From Candidatus Saccharimonadales bacterium (lineage in GTDB: Bacteria; Patescibacteriota; Saccharimonadia; Saccharimonadales; JANWIN01), in assembly GCA_038231155.1 (NCBI GenBank), contig JBBRLY010000016.1:21506-85505 (forward strand): a DNA stretch of 64,000 nucleotides, read 5' to 3'. The position numbers and the translations under genes are program-made. Below, piece after piece: positions 49,346-57,709 of this stretch (positions are counted from its first letter, which is position 1; every line of letters starts with the position of its first letter). A model generated the notes under the pieces. That model saw nothing but the letters and a program-made list of their open reading frames with translations. It was not told where the DNA came from and did not search any database.

Positions 49346-49753
49346 ATGCAAGTAACCACACGCACCAGAGGACGACCAACTGTATTCCATAATGAAGTTG
49401 TCCATAAATTGGAGCAGGCATTTGCTATTGGGTGCACGGTAGAAGAGGCCTGCATCGTATCTGGTGTGTCACGCTCCGCTTATTACAACAAACTAAATAA
49501 TGACCCTGATTTTATGGACAGAATGGCACGTATCCAGCTCTTTTTGATAATTAAGGCACGGCACACTGTATATGACGCCATTCGTAGGGGCGATACTAAG
49601 ACAAGTAGGTGGTATTTAGAGCGTAAATGTAGAGATGAGTTTGGTGCGCAAACACAGAACCATAATGCAGCCAGCACCCAACTAGACAGCTACACGGAAG
49701 ACGAGCTACGCAGAATAGCTGCCGCCACTACATATCCTTATACAGCCTCTTGA
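49346..49753 (+). CDS. HTH DNA-binding protein (terminase-small-subunit-like or regulatory).
   Basis: An N-terminal HTH (GCTVEEACIVSGVSRSAYYN) is present. Confidence 0.4.
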   Translation: MQVTTRTRGRPTVFHNEVVHKLEQAFAIGCTVEEACIVSGVSRSAYYNKLNNDPDFMDRMARIQLFLIIKARHTVYDAIRRGDTKTSRWYLERKCRDEFGAQTQNHNAASTQLDSYTEDELRRIAAATTYPYTAS

Positions 49754-49828
49754 ATGCTGTGAGTGCGTTGTAGCATTCAAAGCCACTGATGTTAAAGTTG
49801 TATTTCTACGTTTTGCCCATTTTGATTA

Positions 49829-50236
49829 CTATATTCCCAGTAATTGTTTTTTCTTGGCGTCAAAATCAGCTTGGGTAATGATACCCTTTTCTTTCAAGTC
49901 TGCAAGCTTTTCAAGCTCATCCGTAGGAGATGGGGCTGTACTTGTTTGAGGCTTATCGCTCTCCATTGCGCTAATAATAGCTTGCCGCAAGGCTTTTTTG
50001 TCCTTAACAGCGGTTGTGTACTTTTTGCCACCTGTTGTTTCTATAATGACTGTCCTTTGGCCCATAGTGCCAAGCTGTACACTCGCTATCTGATTGAGTG
50101 GGATACTCTCGTTCTCGCCCAAACGCTTCAATTCAATTCTATTTTTGTATACTCTAGCTCGTGAACCCATAACGCTTGCCTCATATAGTGGCTGCTCTTC
50201 ATTGGTTTGGTCGCTATTCCTGTTAAATAAACTCAT
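49829..50236 (-). CDS. SHOCT-domain protein with an N-terminal bacterial PH-like region.
   Basis: The C-terminal motif LEKLADLKEKGIITQADFDAKKKQLLG is a SHOCT motif. Confidence 0.55.
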   Translation of the reverse strand: MSLFNRNSDQTNEEQPLYEASVMGSRARVYKNRIELKRLGENESIPLNQIASVQLGTMGQRTVIIETTGGKKYTTAVKDKKALRQAIISAMESDKPQTSTAPSPTDELEKLADLKEKGIITQADFDAKKKQLLGI

Positions 50237-50282
50237 CGTTCTTTCCTTTCATTTAGTAGTATTAGCGTGTCCAAATAAAAAA

Positions 50283-50410
50283 GGACAACCAATCTAGGTT
50301 GTCTACACCAAACAACAAGGTTGAACCTGCTGCCTTTCGACTGGTTGCCCTTTTTATCGGTTCAACCAAAAAAGCATTAAGCTTTTGCTCGTTGTTTAGT
50401 GTAGACATAC
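50283..50410. repeat. Nested inverted repeats. Outer arms are gtctacaccaaacaac/gttgtttagtgtagac; inner arms are ggttgaacc/ggttcaacc. They could form a ~115-bp cruciform or stem-loop.
   Basis: The repeats are read directly from the sequence, upstream of the SHOCT gene. Confidence 0.5.
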
Positions 50411-50936
50411 TAATAATAGCGTATCTGCACATAGAAACGTACTAATTGTAAGGGGTGATTGTAGTAGAGTTTGGCTAGGTTCTTTTATTGTACAAGTTCA
50501 TTGGCAAGCTGTACCACGTTCGTTGTACAACCCCAAGACAGGGTATAACCTGCATCACCGTGTCCATAGTTATGAATGATGTGTTTACTGCCAATGGCAT
50601 TGATTTAGGTGCTTGGCTTTAAATTGCGGCTACTACTGAGCCTACGACCTTGTGGAGTTATCTTTTTGTGTATTCAGTAAAGTAGTAATAGCCAGCGGTA
50701 ATAATACTTAAAAAGATAAACACGAAAGTCCAATCAAATCTAACGTTGTTATTATTTGTTAAACTAATATAGCAAGTTGGCAAGTTCTCGTTATTAGACA
50801 TATCCCAAAACATCCATAGCCAAAATATAACTAACAAGACTGGTATTAACAAAAAAATTAATGTCATCAACGTAATTATAGTCTATTTAACGACCACTAA
50901 GTGCAAGACAAACAAATTGTTATCCGCTTGGATAGC

Positions 50937-50966
50937 AGTTGCGATAGAGTTGACGATGAACCTCCA
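50937..50966 (+). repeat. att-like repeat R1 (agttgcgatagagttgacgatgaacctcca).
   Basis: It matches the tRNA-Lys 3' end (gatggccctcca) and the gttgcRatag motif. It is extended by a ~60 bp copy of the tRNA downstream region. Confidence 0.6.
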
Positions 50967-51022
50967 AATATCGTATATCGGCTCTAAAGCTTCTTCCAAC
51001 TCCTTGGGGGGAGGCTTTTTTG

Positions 51023-51673
51023 TTAGGCAAGTCCGAGCAGCTTAAGTGCCGTATGCGGATCAAGTCCGACTTGACCAGCCACTTTTATAGCAAGACTAAC
51101 CACTTCCAACGTTCCTTTTATGGTAGGAAGGCTTTTCTTTAGTGCTTTCGCAAACTTGTTCTCTTTACTGGCCTCATCAGGGTATTGATGTTCCAGATTG
51201 GTTAGCTTCTCAGTAAGGGTTACTATGGTTTGATTAACTTCAACTTGAACGCTTGTAGTCTGAGCAACTTGTTGGTCTGCATTCAAATGGTTGTTAATGG
51301 TTGTGGGAGACAGACCTGCCGCTTGCTTGCTGAATTTAGGTTGCTGAGGATACGCACACCAATAACCCACGACCTTATCAACCTTAAACATATAGTTTGC
51401 AACCCCACTGAGTGCTCTTACATAGGCCTCGCCAGTTACGAAAGAGCCTGTACGCTCTGTACTGCGAATTGTAAGCTTGAAGTCATTGAGCTTGCTGTCG
51501 TGAGTAAGGCCAAATAGTTCGTCAATATATGCATTTAGTCTCTCGCCCTCACCGTTGCGAAGTGATAATGATGTGATGTCAGGAGTTAGAGCCTCAATAA
51601 GCGAACAGAGTAGCTCGTATAGCTTTATCAGTGGCTCATTGCGTGGAATTGTGGGCTCGTCATCGTCAAACAT
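51023..51673 (-). CDS. Hypothetical protein (cassette cargo).
   Basis: ORF call. Confidence 0.4.
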   Translation of the reverse strand: MFDDDEPTIPRNEPLIKLYELLCSLIEALTPDITSLSLRNGEGERLNAYIDELFGLTHDSKLNDFKLTIRSTERTGSFVTGEAYVRALSGVANYMFKVDKVVGYWCAYPQQPKFSKQAAGLSPTTINNHLNADQQVAQTTSVQVEVNQTIVTLTEKLTNLEHQYPDEASKENKFAKALKKSLPTIKGTLEVVSLAIKVAGQVGLDPHTALKLLGLA

Positions 51674-51722
51674 ATCTATGATTATATACCTGCAATTATC
51701 AAATGCCTCGTCTCCGTTAAAC

Positions 51723-51753
51723 TAGTTGCGATAGACAAGACGATGGACCTCCA
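51723..51753 (+). repeat. att-like repeat R2 (tagttgcgatagacaagacgatggacctcca).
   Basis: 31/31 identical to R4. Confidence 0.6.
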
Positions 51754-51759
51754 TACTGC

Positions 51760-51987
51760 TTATGCTTTAATACTTCTTTTTGGAGTCTTTATATTTTGTT
51801 TAGAATAAACTGAAAAATAATAAACAATACCTCCTACGAAAGGTCCACCTAATAACAGCACTAAAATCCAACCAATTTTGTACGGTATTTTACTTTTAAT
51901 GACGTGTATAAGCATGATTGCCCATAAAATAATAAGCCCTAACACTATTAGTGGCACAACATAGAGGAATATGAATTTCATATTCAA
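51760..51987 (-). CDS. Small two-TM membrane protein (cassette cargo).
   Basis: ORF call. Confidence 0.35.
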   Translation of the reverse strand: MNMKFIFLYVVPLIVLGLIILWAIMLIHVIKSKIPYKIGWILVLLLGGPFVGGIVYYFSVYSKQNIKTPKRSIKA

Positions 51988-52083
51988 ATATTAGCATATT
52001 GATTTTCAGTTGCGTTAGTATGTACAGTGGCCCTCTAAGCACATTGTACAATAAACTTGACAGTATAATCTAATGTATATACA

Positions 52084-52368
52084 ATGGATTATATGAAAAC
52101 GGCAGTGGTTAATTTTAAGACTGATGAAGCTACTAAGCTTAAGGCTCAGAAAGTAGCTAATCAAATTGGTATACCCCTAAGTAACCTCCTGAACGCATAC
52201 CTGTACGAACTCGCAAGCACAGGCAGTGTCCATTTCACTGCATCTGAACCTATGACTGAAAAGATGGAAATAATGATAGCCGAAGCCGAAAAGGAAATAG
52301 CAGCAGGCGATGTAAGTGGCCCATTTGAGTCTCTAGAGGATATGTTTAAGCACCTAGATAGTCTTTAA
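52084..52368 (+). CDS. DinJ/RelB-family type II antitoxin.
   Basis: An RHH-type N-terminus (VVNFKTDEATKLKAQKVANQIGIPLSNLLNAYL) is present, and the gene is immediately followed by a YafQ-like toxin. Confidence 0.65.
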   Translation: MDYMKTAVVNFKTDEATKLKAQKVANQIGIPLSNLLNAYLYELASTGSVHFTASEPMTEKMEIMIAEAEKEIAAGDVSGPFESLEDMFKHLDSL

Positions 52369-52369
52369 A

Positions 52370-52627
52370 ATGGTTATCGAGACTACGAAAGCTTTTGATA
52401 AACAGTATGCCAAGTTAAATAGCAAGACCAAGACTTCTTTTAAAAAACGCGTAGAACAATTTAAAGCAAACCCATTTGACATAAGTTTAAGAAATCATAC
52501 GCTTAAAGGAAAGTATTTGGGCTTTAGGAGCATCGATATTACAGGTGACGTGCGAGCACTATATACAACTCAAGGTGATACGATCATTTTATTTGGATTT
52601 ATAGGGACACACAGCCAGTTATATTAG
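52370..52627 (+). CDS. YafQ/RelE-family type II toxin (mRNA interferase).
   Basis: An 85 aa ORF with the ...LKGKYLGFRSIDITGDVRALY...IILFGFIGTHSQLY pattern. The gap to the antitoxin is 1 nt. Confidence 0.7.
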   Translation: MVIETTKAFDKQYAKLNSKTKTSFKKRVEQFKANPFDISLRNHTLKGKYLGFRSIDITGDVRALYTTQGDTIILFGFIGTHSQLY

Positions 52628-52647
52628 GCCTATTAGTCTTAATTTTA

Positions 52648-52676
52648 TTTGCGATAGCACGCACGGTGGCCCTCCA
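52648..52676 (+). repeat. att-like repeat R3 (tttgcgatagcacgcacggtggccctcca).
   Basis: It carries a tRNA-Lys 3'-end copy, tggccctcca. Confidence 0.55.
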
Positions 52677-52793
52677 AAGATACATTAACAGATACCGGAT
52701 AGTTCCAATAACAGTACACCTGTTTTAGTAACACTAATTTGTATCTGTTATTTAATTCCACTCTCTATTGGTCTTATTTGGTATCATTTAGTT

Positions 52794-53189
52794 ATGACTA
52801 GTTACATTAAAGACCCCCGAATAGACGAATACATATGTGGCCTACCTGAATGGCAAGTAGCTATTTGTAATCAAGTTCGAGAGCTAATTCACTCAGCTGA
52901 CGCAGACATAGTAGAAACCATTAAATTCACAAATAGACCCTACTTTATTCTGAACGGTAACATCTGCGCTCTGTTAGCTGCTAAAACCCATATTAACGTG
53001 TTTATTTACGACCCGATTGCTCCTGACCCAGAACATATCATTAATCAGGGTCACGGCAATCAGACGGCTCGGTCAATTCAAATTGATGAAAATGATGAAA
53101 TTAATTCAGTTGCATTGAAAAACCTTATCAAGGAAGTTGCAAATAATAATAAAGCAGGTGGTTGGCGTAAAATAAAGGAGAAATTATGA
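52794..53189 (+). CDS. DUF1801 (YdhG-like) domain protein.
   Basis: This is a pattern-based call. Confidence 0.5.
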   Translation: MTSYIKDPRIDEYICGLPEWQVAICNQVRELIHSADADIVETIKFTNRPYFILNGNICALLAAKTHINVFIYDPIAPDPEHIINQGHGNQTARSIQIDENDEINSVALKNLIKEVANNNKAGGWRKIKEKL

Positions 53190-53578
53190 CTATAAATTTA
53201 GCTGCAATCGCAGTCTGCACTTTGGGAGCATTCGTATTAAGTAGTGTGTGGTATATGGCTTTAGGTAAACAGCGGGCCCGACTACTTGGCCTTGACATTA
53301 AGGTTGAGCAGCGTCCAAAACCAAAAAATATTATCCTTGAGCTACTAAGAACATTTGTATTGGCCTTAGTTTTCGCGATTGTACTATCCGAAATGAAAGA
53401 CTCCAGCCTGCACGCATCACTGTTACTCGGTATTAGGTTGTGGCTGGCATTCCCATTCATACTACTGAGCGGTTCAGTTATGTGGGACAAGGTACCAGCT
53501 AAACTCGCTGCGATTCATGCCGGAGATTGGTTTATCAAACTAGCATTAATAGCATTGATTGTAGGTGCTTGGCGTTGA
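53186..53578 (+). CDS. DUF1761-like small membrane protein.
   Basis: It has four TM helices and overlaps the upstream gene by 4 nt. Confidence 0.45.
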   Translation: MTINLAAIAVCTLGAFVLSSVWYMALGKQRARLLGLDIKVEQRPKPKNIILELLRTFVLALVFAIVLSEMKDSSLHASLLLGIRLWLAFPFILLSGSVMWDKVPAKLAAIHAGDWFIKLALIALIVGAWR

Positions 53579-53582
53579 ATGG

Positions 53583-53613
53583 TAGTTGCGATAGACAAGA
53601 CGATGGACCTCCA
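53583..53613 (+). repeat. att-like repeat R4 (tagttgcgatagacaagacgatggacctcca).
   Basis: Identical to R2. Confidence 0.6.
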
Positions 53614-53660
53614 TTACGGTTATGCTTGCATAATTTACGAAAAGATGTAATCTCTGAATC

Positions 53661-53999
53661 ATGAGATTAGTTATAGCTAGAGGACATGTTCTTGAAGAAG
53701 GTGAAGGTTGGTTACGTGTTGGCCCTGTTCCTGGTAAATATACACCAATACCTGTAGAGGATTTTGTAGGTGAATTTCAAAGAGTACCTTTAACTGTCGA
53801 TTCAGCAAACGAAGATTGGGAAGAACGTTTTCCAGATTATTATGACAATAGTGAAGTTCCTTTGCGTTTTAAAGGTTCCTCCATTGTAGATGGTTTACAC
53901 GTTGCGGTTGAAGGTATTCATTTTCGCTCAGGCAGACTAAGAGGTATCCTCAATCTTTCTGCAGTTGAAGTTGTTCAAGATCAATCCGACCAAGCTTAG
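53661..53999 (+). CDS. Hypothetical protein (cassette cargo).
   Basis: ORF call. Confidence 0.35.
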   Translation: MRLVIARGHVLEEGEGWLRVGPVPGKYTPIPVEDFVGEFQRVPLTVDSANEDWEERFPDYYDNSEVPLRFKGSSIVDGLHVAVEGIHFRSGRLRGILNLSAVEVVQDQSDQA

Positions 54000-54027
54000 T
54001 TGCCATAGCACCGACTGTGGCCCTCCA
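53997..54027 (+). repeat. att-like repeat R5 (tagttgccatagcaccgactgtggccctcca).
   Basis: It carries the tRNA-Lys 3'-end copy, is followed by a small hairpin (gcataagc...gcttat), and has a T-run. Confidence 0.55.
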
Positions 54028-54072
54028 AGCATAAGCGTTATACTTCATGCTTATTTTTTTTGTTATGATAAT

Positions 54073-54486
54073 AGAGTGGGTTATATATTTGTCTTAGGTT
54101 ATGTTGTTCTGGTAGGTATTGCAACTTTCTTAATGAAAATTGGACTTAAATCATTAAGTCCTTATCAGTTAAACTTTTTAATTGGAATAGGTATGTTAGT
54201 CACTGGCATACCAGCTTTACTTATTGCTCATAAGACTTTCAGGATGCCTACTAAGGAATTACCTCTCGGATTGCTTATCGGAATCATGATGGCTGCTGGT
54301 TCGCTTTTATATGTTTTGGCATTTAACAAACTCTCAGCCAGTGTTGCTTCCGTCCTTGCCACACTCTATGTAGCAGTAATTGTTATTTTGTCCTGGATAT
54401 TTCTTAAAGAAGGTTTTGATGCGGTAAAGATACTTGGACTTATATTTGCTTTTGCTGGCGCCGTGCTGCTAACTCTTAGGGCTTAA
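54073..54486 (+). CDS. EamA/DMT-like small membrane transporter. The probable start is GTG.
   Basis: It has 4-5 TM helices and an EamA-like C-terminal pattern. The start was moved downstream of R5. Confidence 0.45.
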   Translation, partial: RVGYIFVLGYVVLVGIATFLMKIGLKSLSPYQLNFLIGIGMLVTGIPALLIAHKTFRMPTKELPLGLLIGIMMAAGSLLYVLAFNKLSASVASVLATLYVAVIVILSWIFLKEGFDAVKILGLIFAFAGAVLLTLRA

Positions 54487-54489
54487 TTG

Positions 54490-54519
54490 TAGTTGCAATA
54501 ACTCTGACTGGGTCCTACA
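54490..54519 (+). repeat. Degenerate att-like repeat R6 (tagttgcaataactctgactgggtcctaca).
   Basis: It is a degenerate match to the R consensus and is flanked by ttgtag/ctacaa inverted repeats. Confidence 0.4.
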
Positions 54520-54626
54520 ACTTGATTATTCTCAATTTTGTGGTAGAGTTTGCATATGTCTAGTGAATTTGGATTTAAAGTCGAACAATCTTTGACTTAA
54601 TATATATAGTATGTTAAAGTATATGT

Positions 54627-54914
54627 ATGAGAAAAGTTATTGCCGCTGGAATTTTAGTTGCAGCATCTGCAGGTGTAGGTGGTGGAGCATATATATTTGA
54701 TAAAGGTTTAGAAGCAAATCATAAATCTGATCATCTTGCTTCAACTATTGACACATATCCCTTAAATGAACAGATTGATGTATCCAGTAAAGCTGAGAAG
54801 AATGCAGAGCACGGTCTAGAAGACATACTTACCGGTACTATCATTGTAGGTGTTGGGGCCGGAACTTTATTCCTTGCGGGTGTTGAATTAAAGAATTCGA
54901 CTACACAAAGCTAA
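54627..54914 (+). CDS. Hypothetical small exported protein.
   Basis: ORF call. Confidence 0.3.
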   Translation: MRKVIAAGILVAASAGVGGGAYIFDKGLEANHKSDHLASTIDTYPLNEQIDVSSKAEKNAEHGLEDILTGTIIVGVGAGTLFLAGVELKNSTTQS

Positions 54915-54971
54915 AAAAATTAAGACTTTATATATAACAAACTAAGTCTGACAATCAACGGCTTTCAAACT

Positions 54972-55223
54972 ATGACTAACATCCGGTTTATGGACCGCTC
55001 CTTAGAGGTACGTTTGAAGATCGATAACCCCGATAGTCTTATGGAACACTTTAATGATATTACCCGCCCAGCTCGAGGTAAACCAGATCCCAGTAGTCGA
55101 GTTCCATCTACTGGTGAAGTTCAATCCGGTGCAGTGCTTTATAAAGATAGGCACATAGTTGTGACTTTTCTAGGTATGACTGCACAAGATCAAGCAAAAA
55201 TTCGTATTTTGAATTTTAGTTAA
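54972..55223 (+). CDS. Hypothetical protein.
   Basis: ORF call. Confidence 0.3.
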   Translation: MTNIRFMDRSLEVRLKIDNPDSLMEHFNDITRPARGKPDPSSRVPSTGEVQSGAVLYKDRHIVVTFLGMTAQDQAKIRILNFS

Positions 55224-55319
55224 ATTATTGACTATATAAAAACTGTAGATTTCTTAAGTTAGAAGATTCTACCTTCAGAAAAGTTTTTAATCTATCTGTA
55301 GATCGCTTATTTTAACTAG

Positions 55320-56012
55320 CTACTCTTGCATCGGTGTCGATATCTGATGACTGAGTGCATCTCTTAGAACGGCAAAACCAATTCGACGAGCAGTTTCATT
55401 AAGTGCTATAAATTTTTCAGCCTCCAGTTTTGGCATTGTAACAATCCGGCGCATAGCTTCTCCATAGGCTTTTGCTCCTATAATTTCTATATCTTTTTTA
55501 TTCGTGTAACTATAGTATCTTCTTTCACCGGATTTTGTAGTGTTAAATCCGATGTGTAATTTACCTTCAGGATCTATTCGTAAATTTTTCGGCAATGGAT
55601 AATACCAAATTTCAGCTTGAACTTGACCAATTGTTCCCCGACCGCTGCTTTTAGCGTCTCCTGTAAAAACAAATCCTCGGTAGTTTGGGATTTGAGCTTT
55701 AGAAATATCTGATTGAAGTTTATGAGTTTGTGCTCTACTCTTGAACTTCCAACCCCTTTGATTTGCATCAAGTAATCGATCATACGGATTATTCATCACC
55801 GTCAGTTTAATATTGGCAATTGTACCGTTAAATTTTGGTGGTCTTATTAATTCTTTAAGTGGTAAACGACTCTGCCAAAGTATATGGTTGTAGAAAGGGT
55901 CGACTTCAGGAGCGACTAGGCCTTCAAATGCAGCTAATTCAGTTATATCCGAAAGTTCGAAGATATTTCCAGGCTGCAACAAATCTACTTGCGGCACAGG
56001 AACTTCAGTCAT
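55320..56012 (-). CDS. Hypothetical protein.
   Basis: ORF call. Confidence 0.4.
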   Translation of the reverse strand: MTEVPVPQVDLLQPGNIFELSDITELAAFEGLVAPEVDPFYNHILWQSRLPLKELIRPPKFNGTIANIKLTVMNNPYDRLLDANQRGWKFKSRAQTHKLQSDISKAQIPNYRGFVFTGDAKSSGRGTIGQVQAEIWYYPLPKNLRIDPEGKLHIGFNTTKSGERRYYSYTNKKDIEIIGAKAYGEAMRRIVTMPKLEAEKFIALNETARRIGFAVLRDALSHQISTPMQE

Positions 56013-56292
56013 ATATGTACTATGTCATATGTGTAACATTATTCAAATATTTGGCTGGAATTGTTATTAGGCAAATAGATTCCAGTTATGCTTGCCTTGA
56101 ATTTAAATAATGTCAGATTTATAGGTGAGTAAAATAAATTGCTACGAATGTAATACTGTTTGCTGCGCGGACTAGAAATAATGTTTGGCGTTCCTCCTAC
56201 ACCTGATTTTCTATAATCATGCGGTTAAATTGTATAAAGTTGCAAACTTTTAAGCTGTACTTTAAGATATGCTATATCCTAATGGAGACTTT

Positions 56293-56598
56293 ATGGATGC
56301 TGAACTAGGAGTTAAAGCGGCCATTCAACCTTAGTTTGAAGAATTAACTTCAGCTGGTAGAACTGACCATGAACAAGTCCGAACAGAACAAATCGATGAA
56401 TACTCTTTAAGAGTTAGAGAGGTATTAATAGACGGGCTAAACGCTGTAACTTTGGATTCTGAACAATTAGATTCAGTTGCAAGACAAATAGGCACTACCA
56501 TTAGAGATGCTTTAGAACATGGCTTACAAATAGGTTTAGAGTCTGGAAGTAAAAACTTCCATATACCAGTAGATGAAGTTTCCATGTTAGCTGGCTGA
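56293..56598 (+). pseudogene. ~100-codon reading frame interrupted by an in-frame TAG (56332-56334).
   Basis: The frame reads MDAELGVKAAIQP*FEELTSAGRTDHEQ...VDEVSMLAG as a single frame, and the 88-codon downstream part has no start codon. Confidence 0.3.
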
Positions 56599-56640
56599 GA
56601 TTAAAAAGCTGAATTTTTAATTTTGCTAAATCATTAAATT

Positions 56641-56796
56641 CTAGTCTTTTAGATTATCGCCTAAATGATTTATTTTATTTTTAACTACTCCCTTTGTTTC
56701 TTGTACTTTACCTTTTACTTCAAGTCTCTTATTATTTGTCACTTTACCAACAACTTGTTTAGATTTACCGCTGATTCGATCTGATGTACTACTCAT
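56641..56796 (-). CDS. CsbD-like small stress-response protein (51 aa); absent from the ORF track.
   Basis: The translation MSSTSDRISGKSKQVVGKVTNNKRLEVKGKVQETKGVVKNKINHLGDNLKD matches the CsbD repeat pattern. Confidence 0.6.
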   Translation of the reverse strand: MSSTSDRISGKSKQVVGKVTNNKRLEVKGKVQETKGVVKNKINHLGDNLKD

Positions 56797-56996
56797 ATCA
56801 ACTCCTACTCTCTTTAATATACTCTAAAGAGTATGTATTAAATTATTTAAACTAACTGTGGGAAAGCTCACATACTGGATTAATAATTAAGTCTATAATA
56901 GGTGTTACAAGCTAACATTTTTCACACAATAATATAATTGCGTTATTAAATTGCTAGCTATTGTTATATTTTAAATAATCAAAAGAAAGGATTCAT

Positions 56997-57146
56997 ATGT
57001 TAATGGCAATCGCATTAGTACTGGTTGTACTTTGGGCATTTGGCTTTTTTGCAATTCATATTGGCGGCAACTTGATACACATACTACTTGTAATAGCTTT
57101 AGTTGTATTTATATACAATATGCTTATGGGCAAACGAATCGTTTAG
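56997..57146 (+). CDS. lmo0937-family small membrane protein (49 aa); absent from the ORF track.
   Basis: The translation MLMAIALVLVVLWAFGFFAIHIGGNLIHILLVIALVVFIYNMLMGKRIV fits the lmo0937 family. Confidence 0.65.
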   Translation: MLMAIALVLVVLWAFGFFAIHIGGNLIHILLVIALVVFIYNMLMGKRIV

Positions 57147-57232
57147 TCTGACGTTTTTAGTAATTCCGATTGTTGTCTGGGGTTTAGCCAGTTTAAAAAA
57201 TAATTGAAATAATCAATATCATCACTCAGGAT

Positions 57233-57709
57233 ATGGCTATGCTTGACATCGCTGATTGTAGCAGTCAATTATTGAGTATGTGCAATCCGTTTGATGAGTC
57301 AGAGCCTAATAGGTATGAAGAAATGTCTATTGATGAGATTATTGATGAAGCTTTACAAAGACTTGATGGTGTAATGCTCACTCCGCAACAAGCTGGGGAA
57401 ATACTGGACTATCGACTTTACCAACTTGAAATTATAACAGGTGAAAACGGGCTAGAGTTTGATGAATTTGTCAGCGATGAAGAGTTTGCATTGAGTGAAA
57501 TTGCCCAGGGTCAAGATCCAAGAAGTTTTGGTGATGCTTATAGAAAATATCACGTTAGTTTCAAAGGGCTTCCTCTTTTAGGCGGCGTTAGGGAAACCGG
57601 ACTAGCTAACGACTTAACTAATGGGGATATCTGGAGCGAAATTAACGTCTGGAAGCTAAGTAGTGATTATCGCAACCGTCGTGAAACTTCTTATATACTC
57701 AGTGTTTAG
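57233..57709 (+). CDS. Hypothetical acidic protein.
   Basis: ORF call. Confidence 0.35.
   Translation: MAMLDIADCSSQLLSMCNPFDESEPNRYEEMSIDEIIDEALQRLDGVMLTPQQAGEILDYRLYQLEIITGENGLEFDEFVSDEEFALSEIAQGQDPRSFGDAYRKYHVSFKGLPLLGGVRETGLANDLTNGDIWSEINVWKLSSDYRNRRETSYILSV

Larger units (their letters stand above)
45962..51027. mobile_element. ~5 kb integrative element inserted at the tRNA-Lys 3' end.
   Basis: An imperfect ~65-70 bp direct repeat (tRNA 3' end plus downstream terminator region) lies at 45949-46020 and 50952-51027. The element contains the serine integrase, a replication-initiator-like winged-helix protein, an HTH protein and a SHOCT protein. Confidence 0.6.
51028..54520. mobile_element. 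Array of five short cargo cassettes (0.4-0.9 kb each), each bounded by an att-like copy of the tRNA-Lys 3' end.
   Basis: R1-R6 share the consensus tagttgcRatag-N7-9-gac-N-tggMcctcca. The cargo is accessory-type (toxin-antitoxin pair, DUF proteins, small transporters) and has mixed orientation. Confidence 0.5.

Noticed and set aside
50937-54520. The repeated ~30-bp elements were considered as a CRISPR array.
   Set aside because: The repeats are degenerate, the spacing is irregular (0.4-0.9 kb) and the gaps contain protein-coding genes. No cas genes are present. They fit att-like recombination-site copies, not CRISPR repeats.
56331-56585. An 84 aa minus-strand ORF from the track.
   Set aside because: It is antisense to the more protein-like plus-strand frame (with its in-frame TAG), and its Cys/Ser-rich translation looks non-genuine.
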